DNA of 64,000 bases from an uncultured Gammaproteobacteria bacterium (GTDB lineage: Bacteria > Patescibacteriota > Patescibacteriia > UBA9934), in NCBI GenBank assembly GCA_964452565.1, contig CAYVLY010000001.1, forward strand, positions 515,053 through 579,052, read 5' to 3'. The notes under the pieces were generated by a model. The model searched no databases and was not told the DNA's origin. It was given only the letters and a program-made list of their open reading frames with translations. A program made the translations under genes and the position numbers. Shown piece by piece: positions 16,961 through 26,551 of this stretch. Numbering within the stretch: the stretch's first letter is position 1; each line of letters begins with the position of its first letter.

Positions 16961-18579
16961 TCGAGAGAAAAGGGTTGCATTTTTTGAGATCCAAAAATAT
17001 GCGGCAATGTCTCCGACCATTGCTTGATTTGCTGGATCAGGGTGTTCCAATGCTCAATACAGTAGGTCACCAAAGAGGACTCATCCATGTGATGTGTCTT
17101 TTTTGTTTGTAAGATTGGCGACAAAGCAGGTGTTTCAAATCCTGAATAGGTGTACACGGGTTTTTCTGGGAAAATCAAACTCTGCAACTGCTGTTTTTGC
17201 GTGAAGTCGGCGTCAACCCATGTCTTTGGGAGTGTTCCAACGAATCCAAAAACGTAATCAACCGCCTCGTCGATATTGAATGTTTCCAGCCGCACTTTTG
17301 CGAGCTTGGTGTGCTGGTCTGCAATGCGATCTTTTACCTCGGCAAACTCCTCCTTGAAATCATCATCCTCGATCAGTTCTTTTTTCTTCATTCCAATGAG
17401 TGCTTTCTTTTCTTCCTCTATACGATCGAGCTCAACGGTCAGACGTTTACGTTCCTGATTGATTGTTTCGTACTGGTCGTCCCATACGTCCAAAATAACA
17501 GCCTTGAACGCCTTGAGAAACTTTTGTTTGGGAGTGATTTGTTCAAGGTAGTTGAAAAACTCTTGCTCGAGAGTATCTTTTGGAATTGATTTTACTTTTG
17601 TTGGGCACTCTTTGAAGTAACAGCGGTAGTACGGATACTTGTCGCCAGACTTGTTCGTTGAGAACGAAGCGGTCATTGGACGACCACAAAATCCACAAAT
17701 CACTTGATGGCGCAGCGGAAACGCATCGTTGCCACGCTTTTTGGCGATCGCATCCTCCTTGCTTGAACCTCTGAGAAGCGTTTGACACATATTGAATGTT
17801 TCCATGCTGACAAGCGGTTCATGCAGTCCTTTGTACTCTTTCCCCTTTGAAACCATGCGCCCTGTGTAAAATACGTTTCTAACGATCTTTGAAATAAGTT
17901 GCGGGGAAATCTTGTTTCCTTGCTCAGTACGCAATCCACGATCATTGACGGCAACTCGCACCTCCTCCAGCGTGTAGATGCCTTTTGCAAACTCACCAAA
18001 GATCCAGCCCATATGCTCGGCTTTTTCACTGTCAGCTGTGACGATCTTTTCTCCTGCCTTGGTTTTGATGTTTCTGTAACCGATGGGAGCTTTCCATTGC
18101 CAATATCCTTTTTCGAGTTTAGTCAGCATGCAATCACGGGTGCGCTCTCCACGAATCTGGTTATCAAATTGAGCATTGGCCGCCATTACGTTACCGATGA
18201 ACTGACCCGCTGGCGTTTCATCAATGGCTTCTGTTACCGATATGAGCCTGATATTGAGTTTGCTCAGGAGTACCAAGATCGTACTATAATCGTTCACGTT
18301 TCGTGTCAGACGGTCGACTTTGTAGACAATAATGAAGTCGATGGTTTTGTAGTTCTTCTTGCAGTATTCAAGCATAGCTTGAAGTCCATCTCGATTTGCC
18401 GTCTTAGCCGATACGCCATCATCATGAAACACCTTATCGACGTTACCTTGGATTTCTTTCGCCTTCCTGTGGCACGCATTATCCTGCTGCTCCAAGCTGA
18501 TACCCAAAGCAGCCTGTTCCTCTGTCGAAACACGGTAATAGATGAGGCCATTGAGTTGTAGATCTTGAGTTTCGTTCAT
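16957..18579 (-). CDS. Large serine recombinase, attP allele (540 aa)
   Basis: Identical to 9654-11201 up to ESSLVT, then a different C-terminus crossing the tandem junction. Confidence 0.93.
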   Translation of the reverse strand: MNETQDLQLNGLIYYRVSTEEQAALGISLEQQDNACHRKAKEIQGNVDKVFHDDGVSAKTANRDGLQAMLEYCKKNYKTIDFIIVYKVDRLTRNVNDYSTILVLLSKLNIRLISVTEAIDETPAGQFIGNVMAANAQFDNQIRGERTRDCMLTKLEKGYWQWKAPIGYRNIKTKAGEKIVTADSEKAEHMGWIFGEFAKGIYTLEEVRVAVNDRGLRTEQGNKISPQLISKIVRNVFYTGRMVSKGKEYKGLHEPLVSMETFNMCQTLLRGSSKEDAIAKKRGNDAFPLRHQVICGFCGRPMTASFSTNKSGDKYPYYRCYFKECPTKVKSIPKDTLEQEFFNYLEQITPKQKFLKAFKAVILDVWDDQYETINQERKRLTVELDRIEEEKKALIGMKKKELIEDDDFKEEFAEVKDRIADQHTKLAKVRLETFNIDEAVDYVFGFVGTLPKTWVDADFTQKQQLQSLIFPEKPVYTYSGFETPALSPILQTKKTHHMDESSLVTYCIEHWNTLIQQIKQWSETLPHIFGSQKMQPFSLD

Positions 18580-18717
18580 ATACCAAAAGGAGTGACTCTC
18601 CGTTTGAGCTCAACCACCAAACGATGGAAGAAACGGCAGTCACCCCTTTTCATATCACAACGATTGCATTGTGTTGTGTACGCTTGGAACGTTGAGCTCA
18701 TACGCATTATGTCATGT

Positions 18718-18888
18718 TTACAGTTGATTTTCAACGGGTGTTTTTACTCCCATTCGTTCTTTTTTCCATTTCTCAAAGGCGAGGTTTGCAAATTGATATT
18801 GAGCATCTCGAAGCTGACGAATCTCATCATCGCTCATACCTTTTGCGTCTTCGCCAAGCAAACGCTTGTACTTCGAGAGCGCAATCAT
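18718..18888 (-). CDS. 56-aa protein (copy 2)
   Basis: Copy of 11340-11510. Confidence 0.65.
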   Translation of the reverse strand: MIALSKYKRLLGEDAKGMSDDEIRQLRDAQYQFANLAFEKWKKERMGVKTPVENQL

Positions 18889-18893
18889 AAATC

Positions 18894-20060
18894 TTACGCA
18901 TCATTTCCTGATGCGACCTTACGTAGCATTGCTTGTAGCTCATCCTCGCTGATGTTGTATCGCACCTCCCCAGACCCCCTCTGTACAGCCTCAATCTCAC
19001 GCATCAACTCGATCTGTCGACTTTCGTCGATATGCCCGTAGCCGTAGGAGCCGAATGTAGTTGCTACATTTTCGTGACCAAGGTTCTGGCTTATGGCTTT
19101 TTTCTGCTCCTCGGTCAGCGGCTTTTTCATGAACTCCTTGACCAAAAGATGACGCAAGGAGTGAGGATGGTAGTACGGCTCACCTGCTGCCTTGAAGCGT
19201 TTTTCAAAAATCTTTCGAGCAGGGCTTGCGCTCGACCAGTAGACAGGCTCAACTTCCCCCGTGCTGTAATAACTGATGTTTTCTTTTCCGTTTTCCACCT
19301 TGGTGGCAGGAAACAATGGGTCATTCTCCTTGAATCCACGTTCATCTTTGAGATATTCAAACCATGACAAGAAGTATGTTTGTGCTTCTTTGTATTCAAG
19401 TGGGAATAAAGCCGTTGCAATCCGCTTTGAGAACTTGGTTTTGACACCAAGGTTTGGGTCTTGGTCAACCACCATGTCAACGGGGTCAAACGAGCCCAGA
19501 GGCAAGCTCACGATTGCTGAAATGCGTGCCCCTGTCAGCAGGGTAAAGCTCAAGAGAGCCTTGTCACGCATGTCGATTTCGTTTTTTGGTTCAATCGCTT
19601 CAATGACCTTTTTTACCTGTTCCATTGTGGGAATCTTGCGTCGTTTGCTTTGAAGCGCTTGACGAGACTCCTTTTTGCCAAGTGATAAGTACCCAATATC
19701 TGTTTCTTGGATGGCCTGCCGATACCCCTCCTGCCTTGAGAGCCAGTCGAAGAAACCACGTAACTTGCGTAGAGTGTGGTACTGGTAGCTGATACTTACA
19801 TTTCCACCTCGCTTGCTTTGGCGAGTGGCGAGCCACGTCTTGAACTCAACAGCACGTTTCTTGTTGAACAGATGAAAATCCGCTTCATCCGTAAAGTCCT
19901 GCCATTGTAGAATGGCTCCTTCATACGTCGTGATGGAGCTCTGCGAAAAGCCCTTGGACTGCTTGAGGTAGTCGAAATACTTTCGCTTCATCAGCTCGTT
20001 TTCATAACGCACTTCTTCCTTCGTTTTTGTGGGTTTTGTGTTGTTTGTAGATTGGGACAT
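18894..20060 (-). CDS. Tyrosine recombinase/integrase (copy 2)
   Basis: Copy of 11516-12682. Confidence 0.9.
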   Translation of the reverse strand: MSQSTNNTKPTKTKEEVRYENELMKRKYFDYLKQSKGFSQSSITTYEGAILQWQDFTDEADFHLFNKKRAVEFKTWLATRQSKRGGNVSISYQYHTLRKLRGFFDWLSRQEGYRQAIQETDIGYLSLGKKESRQALQSKRRKIPTMEQVKKVIEAIEPKNEIDMRDKALLSFTLLTGARISAIVSLPLGSFDPVDMVVDQDPNLGVKTKFSKRIATALFPLEYKEAQTYFLSWFEYLKDERGFKENDPLFPATKVENGKENISYYSTGEVEPVYWSSASPARKIFEKRFKAAGEPYYHPHSLRHLLVKEFMKKPLTEEQKKAISQNLGHENVATTFGSYGYGHIDESRQIELMREIEAVQRGSGEVRYNISEDELQAMLRKVASGNDA

Positions 20061-20065
20061 ATAGC

Positions 20066-20485
20066 TTATGTGTGAGAGAATCCGTTAGTCCTTTCGGGAG
20101 AGGTTTTGAGTAGGCGAGATATTTTGCTGCCGCACGCCTCACACAGACCCGTTCTGCGATACTGTTCGAGGTTGTTTTTCCCTATCCGCTTGCCCGTTTT
20201 TTCTATTCGTTCGGTACCTTCTTTTGGCCTGACACCTTGGCCGCAGGAAAAGCAGAGGAGTTCATCTGGCTTGAGCTTCTGCTTCCTGTCGTTTCGTCGA
20301 GCTTTGAGAAAGTCGTAAAGCACCTGTCCATCAAAGAGCAGAGGCTTCTTGTTGGACATCATGGGTGCAAGCCCTTGCTTCATCCATCGCTGTACAGTTT
20401 TTCGACCAATACCCAACTCGGCGACAATCTCATTGATGTCGTAGCTATGGCGTTTTTTGATCTTGTTGAGCTGGTACCGCTTCAT
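20066..20485 (-). CDS. HTH/zinc-ribbon protein (copy 2)
   Basis: Copy of 12688-13107. Confidence 0.8.
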   Translation of the reverse strand: MKRYQLNKIKKRHSYDINEIVAELGIGRKTVQRWMKQGLAPMMSNKKPLLFDGQVLYDFLKARRNDRKQKLKPDELLCFSCGQGVRPKEGTERIEKTGKRIGKNNLEQYRRTGLCEACGSKISRLLKTSPERTNGFSHT

Positions 20486-20681
20486 GACTTTGAAAGTTCT
20501 GGAGAGGCTTTCCCATCTCCGTACCTTTATGCAGCCGTTCAAGTGGAGTCGCTGTCAAATCTTTGGGGGTGTGAACAAAACAAACAAAAAATCCCCATGT
20601 TTTACGGGGTTTTTGTGTTTGGGTTATCGACGCTTTACCTTTGTTCAAGTATCGACTTGAACGACCACTTGAACGAGTGTT

Positions 20682-21656
20682 CTATGTACAGCAATCGAGA
20701 CGGGGGTTGAGTCGATAGCGACTACGACCCTTCTTATCAAAAACCGTCTTTGTGCCGTACTCCAATGCTACGTCGTTTATCTGTTTTTTGTATGTTGAAA
20801 TCGTGCGCTTGTTACCGCTTGCAAACTTATCTGCCAAAACACTCAACTCGACCGATGGGTCATCCTTGGTTCGTGCGTTGAAAAGATACTCAATCATGTA
20901 AACGGTCGGCTGATACAGCGATAGTCTCCCTGCAAAGCGTCCTCGCCCAACCTGCTTGAATAGCAGTTCTTTGTCCTTTCTCGCCAGAACGATGTCTTTG
21001 TCCAGCACAATGGAATCTTCGCCATCAATGGCGTAATCCTGCTGGAAATATGTTGCCTCTGCGACAGCATCAATCTCTATACCATTTTCATCAATGTCTG
21101 CGATAAGTTCCAGTACGGGAACGGCATGGATATGAAGCGAAGCTGCCTTGTTGTTTGGATCGGCAAGAAATAGCAGGGTTGGACTACTGCGTGCGATGAT
21201 GCTTGCCAGATATTCTTCACGCAAGTCATTGAGGTTGGCCACAAAAAAGATGGCTCGTGCGGCACCTGTTATTTCCATGGCACCCACATTCCAAAACAAA
21301 CCACTTTGCTTGAGGTGCGCCTCGGTGAGCTCAACGCCCTCTGCGTCAAGAAACAAGGCAAGAAACCGCCGAACATTCAAACTGTATGCGTGGCGATCTT
21401 CTGGCTTGAGGTACTGTCGATCCGTATCTTTCGAGCAGGCTACAAACAGGCGTTCCTCATCTTGTTGTACTGGAAGCAGGTGCCCGTCATAGCACGACGT
21501 GCATAAAGCCTCACTCCTTCGTGCGGTAGTTTGAATCAAGCCGAGTTTGGTCAAAAACTCCGTCACCTCATTTCCAACAAGCTCAACCAATACAGAGCGA
21601 TCCACTTGTGTGCTGGCACCGAAAAGCTGTAGCCCCTGTCGTAGATCGTTTCTCAT
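20682..21656 (-). CDS. Hypothetical protein (copy 2)
   Basis: Copy of 13304-14278. Confidence 0.7.
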   Translation of the reverse strand: MRNDLRQGLQLFGASTQVDRSVLVELVGNEVTEFLTKLGLIQTTARRSEALCTSCYDGHLLPVQQDEERLFVACSKDTDRQYLKPEDRHAYSLNVRRFLALFLDAEGVELTEAHLKQSGLFWNVGAMEITGAARAIFFVANLNDLREEYLASIIARSSPTLLFLADPNNKAASLHIHAVPVLELIADIDENGIEIDAVAEATYFQQDYAIDGEDSIVLDKDIVLARKDKELLFKQVGRGRFAGRLSLYQPTVYMIEYLFNARTKDDPSVELSVLADKFASGNKRTISTYKKQINDVALEYGTKTVFDKKGRSRYRLNPRLDCCT

Positions 21657-22813
21657 ACCTCATTCACGGTATCAATACCCCACTTGATGAGGAGCTTCCG
21701 CACCAACATGTCTTGCTCTCGGCTTTTGAGATTATGCCCTTTGCCATGCGTTACATCGAAGGTCACAGGGCGCCTTTTTCCGTTGATTTTGAAAACGACT
21801 TTGATTTTGGCTTGAAGAATATCAAAGAAATCAAAGTTGATATTGCGATACTGGAGCATTTCTTTCATGCTTTCAACGCCACCTTTTGCATCTGATCCAA
21901 TGGTCAAGTACACCTTGCTCCCATTCGGACGAAATCGCAGGCTCATTGCCTTGAGTTGAACTGATTCGACGTTTTCTTCCTCCGCTATGGTCAGCGGATC
22001 AGGGTCGAGTGATTTGAGTACGTCGAGCCTATATGAGCTTGTTTTACAGTCTTCATAACGCAGACTCCACACATCTTCAATAACGGCACGTTGCAACCCC
22101 TCAACCTTTGTTTGTCCGCCCTTGACTTTCACTTCGAGTTTATTTCCGTTCAGCCAGTATTGAATATACGCTCGTAGAATAGGACGTCTTGGCGTATCAG
22201 GTTTGAGCTTATCATCTGTCTCAAACTTCAAGTCGTTTACAAAGCGGTCTTCTACATAGGCGACCATGCACAAGCGGTCAGGTTTTTCGATGAGCTTGAT
22301 TTTGCACCGTGTCTTTCGTCGACCAAATGTGAACATGTTCTGAATAGACTGTTCAAGTGTCGTGACGCCGTTGGTCAAAGTCGCCACTTCAACATCTGGG
22401 ATGACAACACTTTTCCAGCTGCAAATGTTATCGAGCGCATGTTCGTCAACCGAAGTATGGAAAATGTCCTCGTGATTGATAAAGAACCACAAGGCTCGGG
22501 AGTGATGATTGGGGAGTTCGTCGTACACCTTCCAGTCCACGGACTTTTGCAAGCGTTCTGCGGTTTTTTGTAGATACGCTACGGAAGCCCAGCCAGACAT
22601 GTCGCTGATGTCATTGAGTGCCGTGAGAACCTCACCATGCTTTTGCTCATCCTGCGTATCGACTACCACCAAAAATCGGTCAGCACGAGCTTCATCTTCT
22701 TCATCGTCGTGTATAATAAAATCCAACTCCAACTTTTTGGCGAACTCACCAAGGAGTGCGGGGTCAAACTTCATCAATAACGATGATGGATCAAAACTTC
22801 CTGTACCAGCCAT
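21653..22813 (-). CDS. Hypothetical protein (copy 2)
   Basis: Copy of 14275-15435. Confidence 0.7.
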   Translation of the reverse strand: MAGTGSFDPSSLLMKFDPALLGEFAKKLELDFIIHDDEEDEARADRFLVVVDTQDEQKHGEVLTALNDISDMSGWASVAYLQKTAERLQKSVDWKVYDELPNHHSRALWFFINHEDIFHTSVDEHALDNICSWKSVVIPDVEVATLTNGVTTLEQSIQNMFTFGRRKTRCKIKLIEKPDRLCMVAYVEDRFVNDLKFETDDKLKPDTPRRPILRAYIQYWLNGNKLEVKVKGGQTKVEGLQRAVIEDVWSLRYEDCKTSSYRLDVLKSLDPDPLTIAEEENVESVQLKAMSLRFRPNGSKVYLTIGSDAKGGVESMKEMLQYRNINFDFFDILQAKIKVVFKINGKRRPVTFDVTHGKGHNLKSREQDMLVRKLLIKWGIDTVNEV

Positions 22814-22853
22814 ATGTTGCAAAGATTTGTCAACTTATGGTAACTTACCAAAT

Positions 22854-23054
22854 ATGCAAGATCGGTCAACTCCACGAGAGACAAAAAAGCTCCCAGAGTT
22901 GTTGACTCTCAAAGAGGCGGCTGATTTGTTGCATTGTCACCCGAATACGTTGCGTAACTGGGACAACAAGGGCATCCTTGTTGCCGTGCGTCTGGGGTCA
23001 CTGGGTGATCGCAGGTACAAAAAGCAAGACATATTGAAACTGATGGAGAAATAA
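22854..23054 (+). CDS. Excisionase/MerR-type HTH (copy 2)
   Basis: Copy of 15476-15676. Confidence 0.85.
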   Translation: MQDRSTPRETKKLPELLTLKEAADLLHCHPNTLRNWDNKGILVAVRLGSLGDRRYKKQDILKLMEK

Positions 23055-23064
23055 AAGATGAGGT

Positions 23065-23838
23065 ATGCAGGTCGAACAAAGTAAGAATCTTGATCAGCAA
23101 TTTTGTGAACATGGAAACTTCCTATTTTCATGTCCAGAATGTAAAGAAAGAGGTAGGGATATAATTTTGAGAATAGCTGACAGGAGATCGGTGCCTGATA
23201 CTGAACAGGTTGAAAAAGTCAGGAATCACATTGAGAAGGTGGTACTGGGCGCTCTTTCAATGTTTGTTTCAAGGTTCGAGACTTATTGCAGAAAAGGAAA
23301 CGAACTCGAGATTGTCATAGTTGATGCGACCGATCAAGATTTTGGTTCTGGAGAAGTGAAAGGTACTACTATTGACATCCCGTTGTTAGAAGAGGAAAGG
23401 ATGAGCTTCATTTTGCAAAGAATGGTTGAGAAATCTGATGACATTACGAAAAAACAACTCGAAAACATTGGTATTGCTATCACTTGTTCGACGATATTAC
23501 ACGAAGCAATACATAGTTTTTTGGAGTCAAAGCCACACTCGAGTCTTCATGAAAAGATAGAAGCAATGAGTAGTATTCCTGATCCAGAAGGGATATTTTC
23601 CACACTATGCGATGAAGCCATTGCATATTCCATGCAATCCATTTTTTCAGAAACTATAGAGCCCTTTGGAAATACTGCTCCAAGAGTTGACCAAGATAAG
23701 GAAGCTAGTCTGGTCGCTGTAAGAAAAAAACTAGGTATGGCCATCGAAAAAGATATGCGAAAGGTGTTATATGGAAGGCTGGACACAGAATCATTCTTTG
23801 ATATTCTTATACAAAAAGCAAAAACACTAACTCAATAA
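23065..23838 (+). CDS. HExxH hypothetical protein (copy 2)
   Basis: Copy of 15687-16460. Confidence 0.65.
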   Translation: MQVEQSKNLDQQFCEHGNFLFSCPECKERGRDIILRIADRRSVPDTEQVEKVRNHIEKVVLGALSMFVSRFETYCRKGNELEIVIVDATDQDFGSGEVKGTTIDIPLLEEERMSFILQRMVEKSDDITKKQLENIGIAITCSTILHEAIHSFLESKPHSSLHEKIEAMSSIPDPEGIFSTLCDEAIAYSMQSIFSETIEPFGNTAPRVDQDKEASLVAVRKKLGMAIEKDMRKVLYGRLDTESFFDILIQKAKTLTQ

Positions 23839-23849
23839 CAACAATATCT

Positions 23850-24338
23850 ATGTCAGAGACACGACGTGGACAAGAGCATTCCCCCGATTCAGCAAACGAA
23901 ATAGTCGAATTGCAACGAGAACAGATGAAACAAAACTTTGATGAAATTGCAGTAAAAGCCTTGTTCCAGTTGAGGAGAAGTTTGTTAGGGAAAGATTATC
24001 GAAACTTGCCCAATTTGAGAGCGCTTCCTGAACCGTTTGAACCAAACGCAGATATATCACATGATACACTCATGAAAATATCATCTGATTTTATTACAGA
24101 AATGAGGTTGCAAATATCAGCTATCATTGCGGAGGCAACGAGAAGATTATCTTTGTATGATCAAAAGAAACAAGAGTATCCAATTGATGCAAACATGGCA
24201 CTTGAGGAGGTCTTGATTGAAAAAGCTTTTGATTTCTTGCGAGACCAAAAAAGAATAATCAGCAACAACCGCGGTACACTTGGTGGATGGATGAAGACAA
24301 TAGTAGAAAGAGAGAAAAATATAGTTGAGCATGACTAG
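23850..24338 (+). CDS. Hypothetical protein (copy 2)
   Basis: Copy of 16472-16960. Confidence 0.65.
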   Translation: MSETRRGQEHSPDSANEIVELQREQMKQNFDEIAVKALFQLRRSLLGKDYRNLPNLRALPEPFEPNADISHDTLMKISSDFITEMRLQISAIIAEATRRLSLYDQKKQEYPIDANMALEEVLIEKAFDFLRDQKRIISNNRGTLGGWMKTIVEREKNIVEHD

Positions 24339-24449
24339 TCGAGAGAAAAGGGTTGCATTTTTTGAGATCCAAAAATATGCGGCAATGTCTCCGACCATTG
24401 CTTGATTTGCTGGATCAGGGTGTTCCAATGCTCAATACAGTAGGTCACC

Positions 24450-24477
24450 AAAAGAACACGCTCCCGCGTGTTCTTTT
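24450..24477. terminator. Intrinsic terminator right after attR (likely the original tRNA-Glu terminator, shared with yhhQ)
   Basis: AAAAGAACACG-ctcccg-CGTGTTCTTTT. Confidence 0.8.
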
Positions 24478-24496
24478 GATTTTGCTCTTCATTAAA

Positions 24497-25126
24497 CTAC
24501 TTCTCCTGATTCTGCAACCACTTCACACCAAGATACACAAACGGCGTATCGATCGCGGCAAACGCAATCTTGAAAAGATAATATGGAACAGCAAGTGTAA
24601 TAATAAATCCAAACGTGAACTTATCTGATATCCCGTAGAATGCTATTGTCATAAATAAAAGCGTATCGATCGCTTGCGAAACAAAAGTTGAAAGATTGTT
24701 TCTAAGCCAGAGCATCTTGCCTTTTGTCTTCTTTTTCCAAAACTCAAACGCCCACACATCATGCAACTGTGCCACGGCAAAAGCGATAATGCTGGCAATA
24801 ATCATTCGCAGTGAAGTCCCAAAAATCGTGACATAAGCATCATTAAACTCATAGCGCTCATGCGGGCCAAGAACTACAAATAATGCGGTATAGGCAAAAG
24901 TGATGATTAGTGCGACAAGTCCAATGATTACAAATTGCCGTGCGACTTTTTTTCCAAATACATCTGCAACAATATCTGTGATCAAAAATGTGAGCGGAAC
25001 CATGAATATCCCTACAGATACCGAAACACCAAGTAGAGTTGTGATTTTCCCTCCTAAAAGATTCATGCCGATCAATAATCCAATAAATACCCCTAATAAT
25101 AACTTTAACTTAAAATCTTGTTTCAT
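24497..25126 (-). CDS. yhhQ: Queuosine precursor transporter (YhhQ/VUT family)
   Basis: P.TFLITDIVADVFG, RMIIASIIAF..AQ.HD, WLRNN.ST.VSQAIDT, DTPFVY. Confidence 0.9.
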   Translation of the reverse strand: MKQDFKLKLLLGVFIGLLIGMNLLGGKITTLLGVSVSVGIFMVPLTFLITDIVADVFGKKVARQFVIIGLVALIITFAYTALFVVLGPHERYEFNDAYVTIFGTSLRMIIASIIAFAVAQLHDVWAFEFWKKKTKGKMLWLRNNLSTFVSQAIDTLLFMTIAFYGISDKFTFGFIITLAVPYYLFKIAFAAIDTPFVYLGVKWLQNQEK

Positions 25127-25286
25127 ATGTTTTGATTACTTATTAGAGCAACCTATAAAGGTTAGCAGAAAAACGATTTCTAGCATAACACCCGTTAAAA
25201 TCCACTATGTTATAATTAATCCAGAAGAAAGAGCGGAGGGTTCTTTCACCAACAATCAACCATCACCTACGTCTGGAGGTTTGATC

Positions 25287-25802
25287 TTGTCAAAGGGTAA
25301 GAAGAAACCCAAACCAGCCAATACCTCAGGCTATCGACTAACCGACCACCACATCCAGGCTCGGGTGAGGGGGGGACAACGTAGTGGTAATATAGTACGA
25401 CTTCCGGGACGTTATCACAGTGCCTACCACACACTGTTCGATGTCCTGAATGTAGATGAAGCTCAGGAGTTCATCGACTGGCTTGCAGGTCTCGATTCTA
25501 TACCCACCAAGGCCGAGGTTGCGAATATGCGGGTCGACATCATGCACGGCCGCCTTCGCGCCGTACCAAAACAGCTTGATCTCGATGAAAACGGCAATAT
25601 CCCTGACGTCCTTCCCAGCAACATACGATCTGCCTGGGGAATACTCTTTGCCGGACTCACCGCAGGTGAAGCAAAAGAGCTCCTCGAAGTAATCGTGGTT
25701 CCGGGAAAAAGATGGGGTCAAGCCAGCTTCATCCGCGCCAGACGTGGTGTCCGAGCATCCAGCCATAGGACTACTGCAGGACTGGCCAAAGTATTCGCTT
25801 AG
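25287..25802 (+). CDS. HNH-like protein
   Basis: GGAGG SD plus TTG start; DHHIQARVRGG..GNIVRL..YHSAYH resembles the HNH motif. Confidence 0.6.
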   Translation: MSKGKKKPKPANTSGYRLTDHHIQARVRGGQRSGNIVRLPGRYHSAYHTLFDVLNVDEAQEFIDWLAGLDSIPTKAEVANMRVDIMHGRLRAVPKQLDLDENGNIPDVLPSNIRSAWGILFAGLTAGEAKELLEVIVVPGKRWGQASFIRARRGVRASSHRTTAGLAKVFA

Positions 25803-25891
25803 CTGACCACCCACTCTCCGCGCCCGCGGCCTCTCCAGGCTCGCGGGCATCGTGTTTTAAAAATCTTAGTCGTATTGATATAAAAAACACA

Positions 25892-25927
25892 GTTTCATTA
25901 AGTCCACGATCGTGGACTTAATGAAAC
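25892..25927. repeat. Perfect 36-bp palindrome
   Basis: GTTTCATTAAGTCCACGA|TCGTGGACTTAATGAAAC. Confidence 0.9.
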
Positions 25928-26060
25928 CATTTGCCACCAAAACGCCTGGCCCTTTGATGAACTCAAATTGGCTTAAACCTAGTACAAGGGGTTGACAAAG
26001 GGGCTTTTCTGTGGTAGTTTTATTCTCTTCTTCGCCAACCCGACTCCCAAGGAGAGACCA

Positions 26061-26477
26061 ATGAAGAAGAAGTTGGAAAGAGTCGCGATCGCGCTGTTCG
26101 TACTACTCGTGCTCGGCGCCATCGGCCTGAGGGTGTCCTGGGGCCTCAACCCCAAGGCCAAGGCCCTGCGAGCTGAGTTCGGTGCGCCCCTCAAGGACTT
26201 CGAGGGCGGGTGCACCCAGGCCTATCTCGCCGACCGGGAGAGCCTGTACGCTCTCAGCTCAGGCGATAAGTACACAGAGCCGGAAGGCCCGGACGGCGAC
26301 CAGATCATGCTCCAGGCCGTGGCCAAGCGCAACGACATACGCGCCCAGTACGACCTCAACCTCGCCCAGGCCGCATTCTACAGCATCATCTGGGCCACGC
26401 ACAGCACCTGGCTCTGCAACATCGACAGCGGCACAACCGTCACCACCATGTTCGGCAAGCCGCCGGAACAGCAGTAG
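26061..26477 (+). CDS. GC-rich membrane-anchored hypothetical protein
   Basis: Promoter TTGACA-17-TAGTTT at 25992-26020, AAGGAG SD, N-terminal TM. Confidence 0.75.
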   Translation: MKKKLERVAIALFVLLVLGAIGLRVSWGLNPKAKALRAEFGAPLKDFEGGCTQAYLADRESLYALSSGDKYTEPEGPDGDQIMLQAVAKRNDIRAQYDLNLAQAAFYSIIWATHSTWLCNIDSGTTVTTMFGKPPEQQ

Positions 26478-26551
26478 CGTTCATCCCCCTCCGCGCCCGC
26501 GGCCTCTCCAGGCTCGCGGGCGAAGTGCTTTCTGAGATATAATCAAAACAT

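Larger units (their letters stand above)
9687..17064. mobile_element. 7,378-bp integrative element, copy 1
   Basis: Bounded by GGTCACCAAA at 9687 and 17065; encodes serine and tyrosine recombinases and HTH proteins. Confidence 0.9.
17065..24452. mobile_element. 7,378-bp integrative element, copy 2 (tandem, appears identical)
   Basis: All ORFs repeat at +7,378; junction at 17065 is the attP configuration; attR at 24443-24452. Confidence 0.88.

Noticed and set aside
9687-24452. Prophage
   Set aside because: No terminase, capsid, tail or lysis genes were recognised; treated as a minimal integrative element.
25172-25208. preQ1-I riboswitch-like string (AACG..TTCTAGC..CACC.CGTT.AAAA..ACTA) beside yhhQ
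   Set aside because: It lies on the + strand, opposite to yhhQ, and P1 is imperfect; no aptamer is visible on the yhhQ strand. An Infernal search would settle it.
24900-25286. N-terminal extension of the 300-aa ORF
   Set aside because: It overlaps yhhQ antisense; a TG-TATAAT promoter and a GGAGG SD point to a start at 25287.
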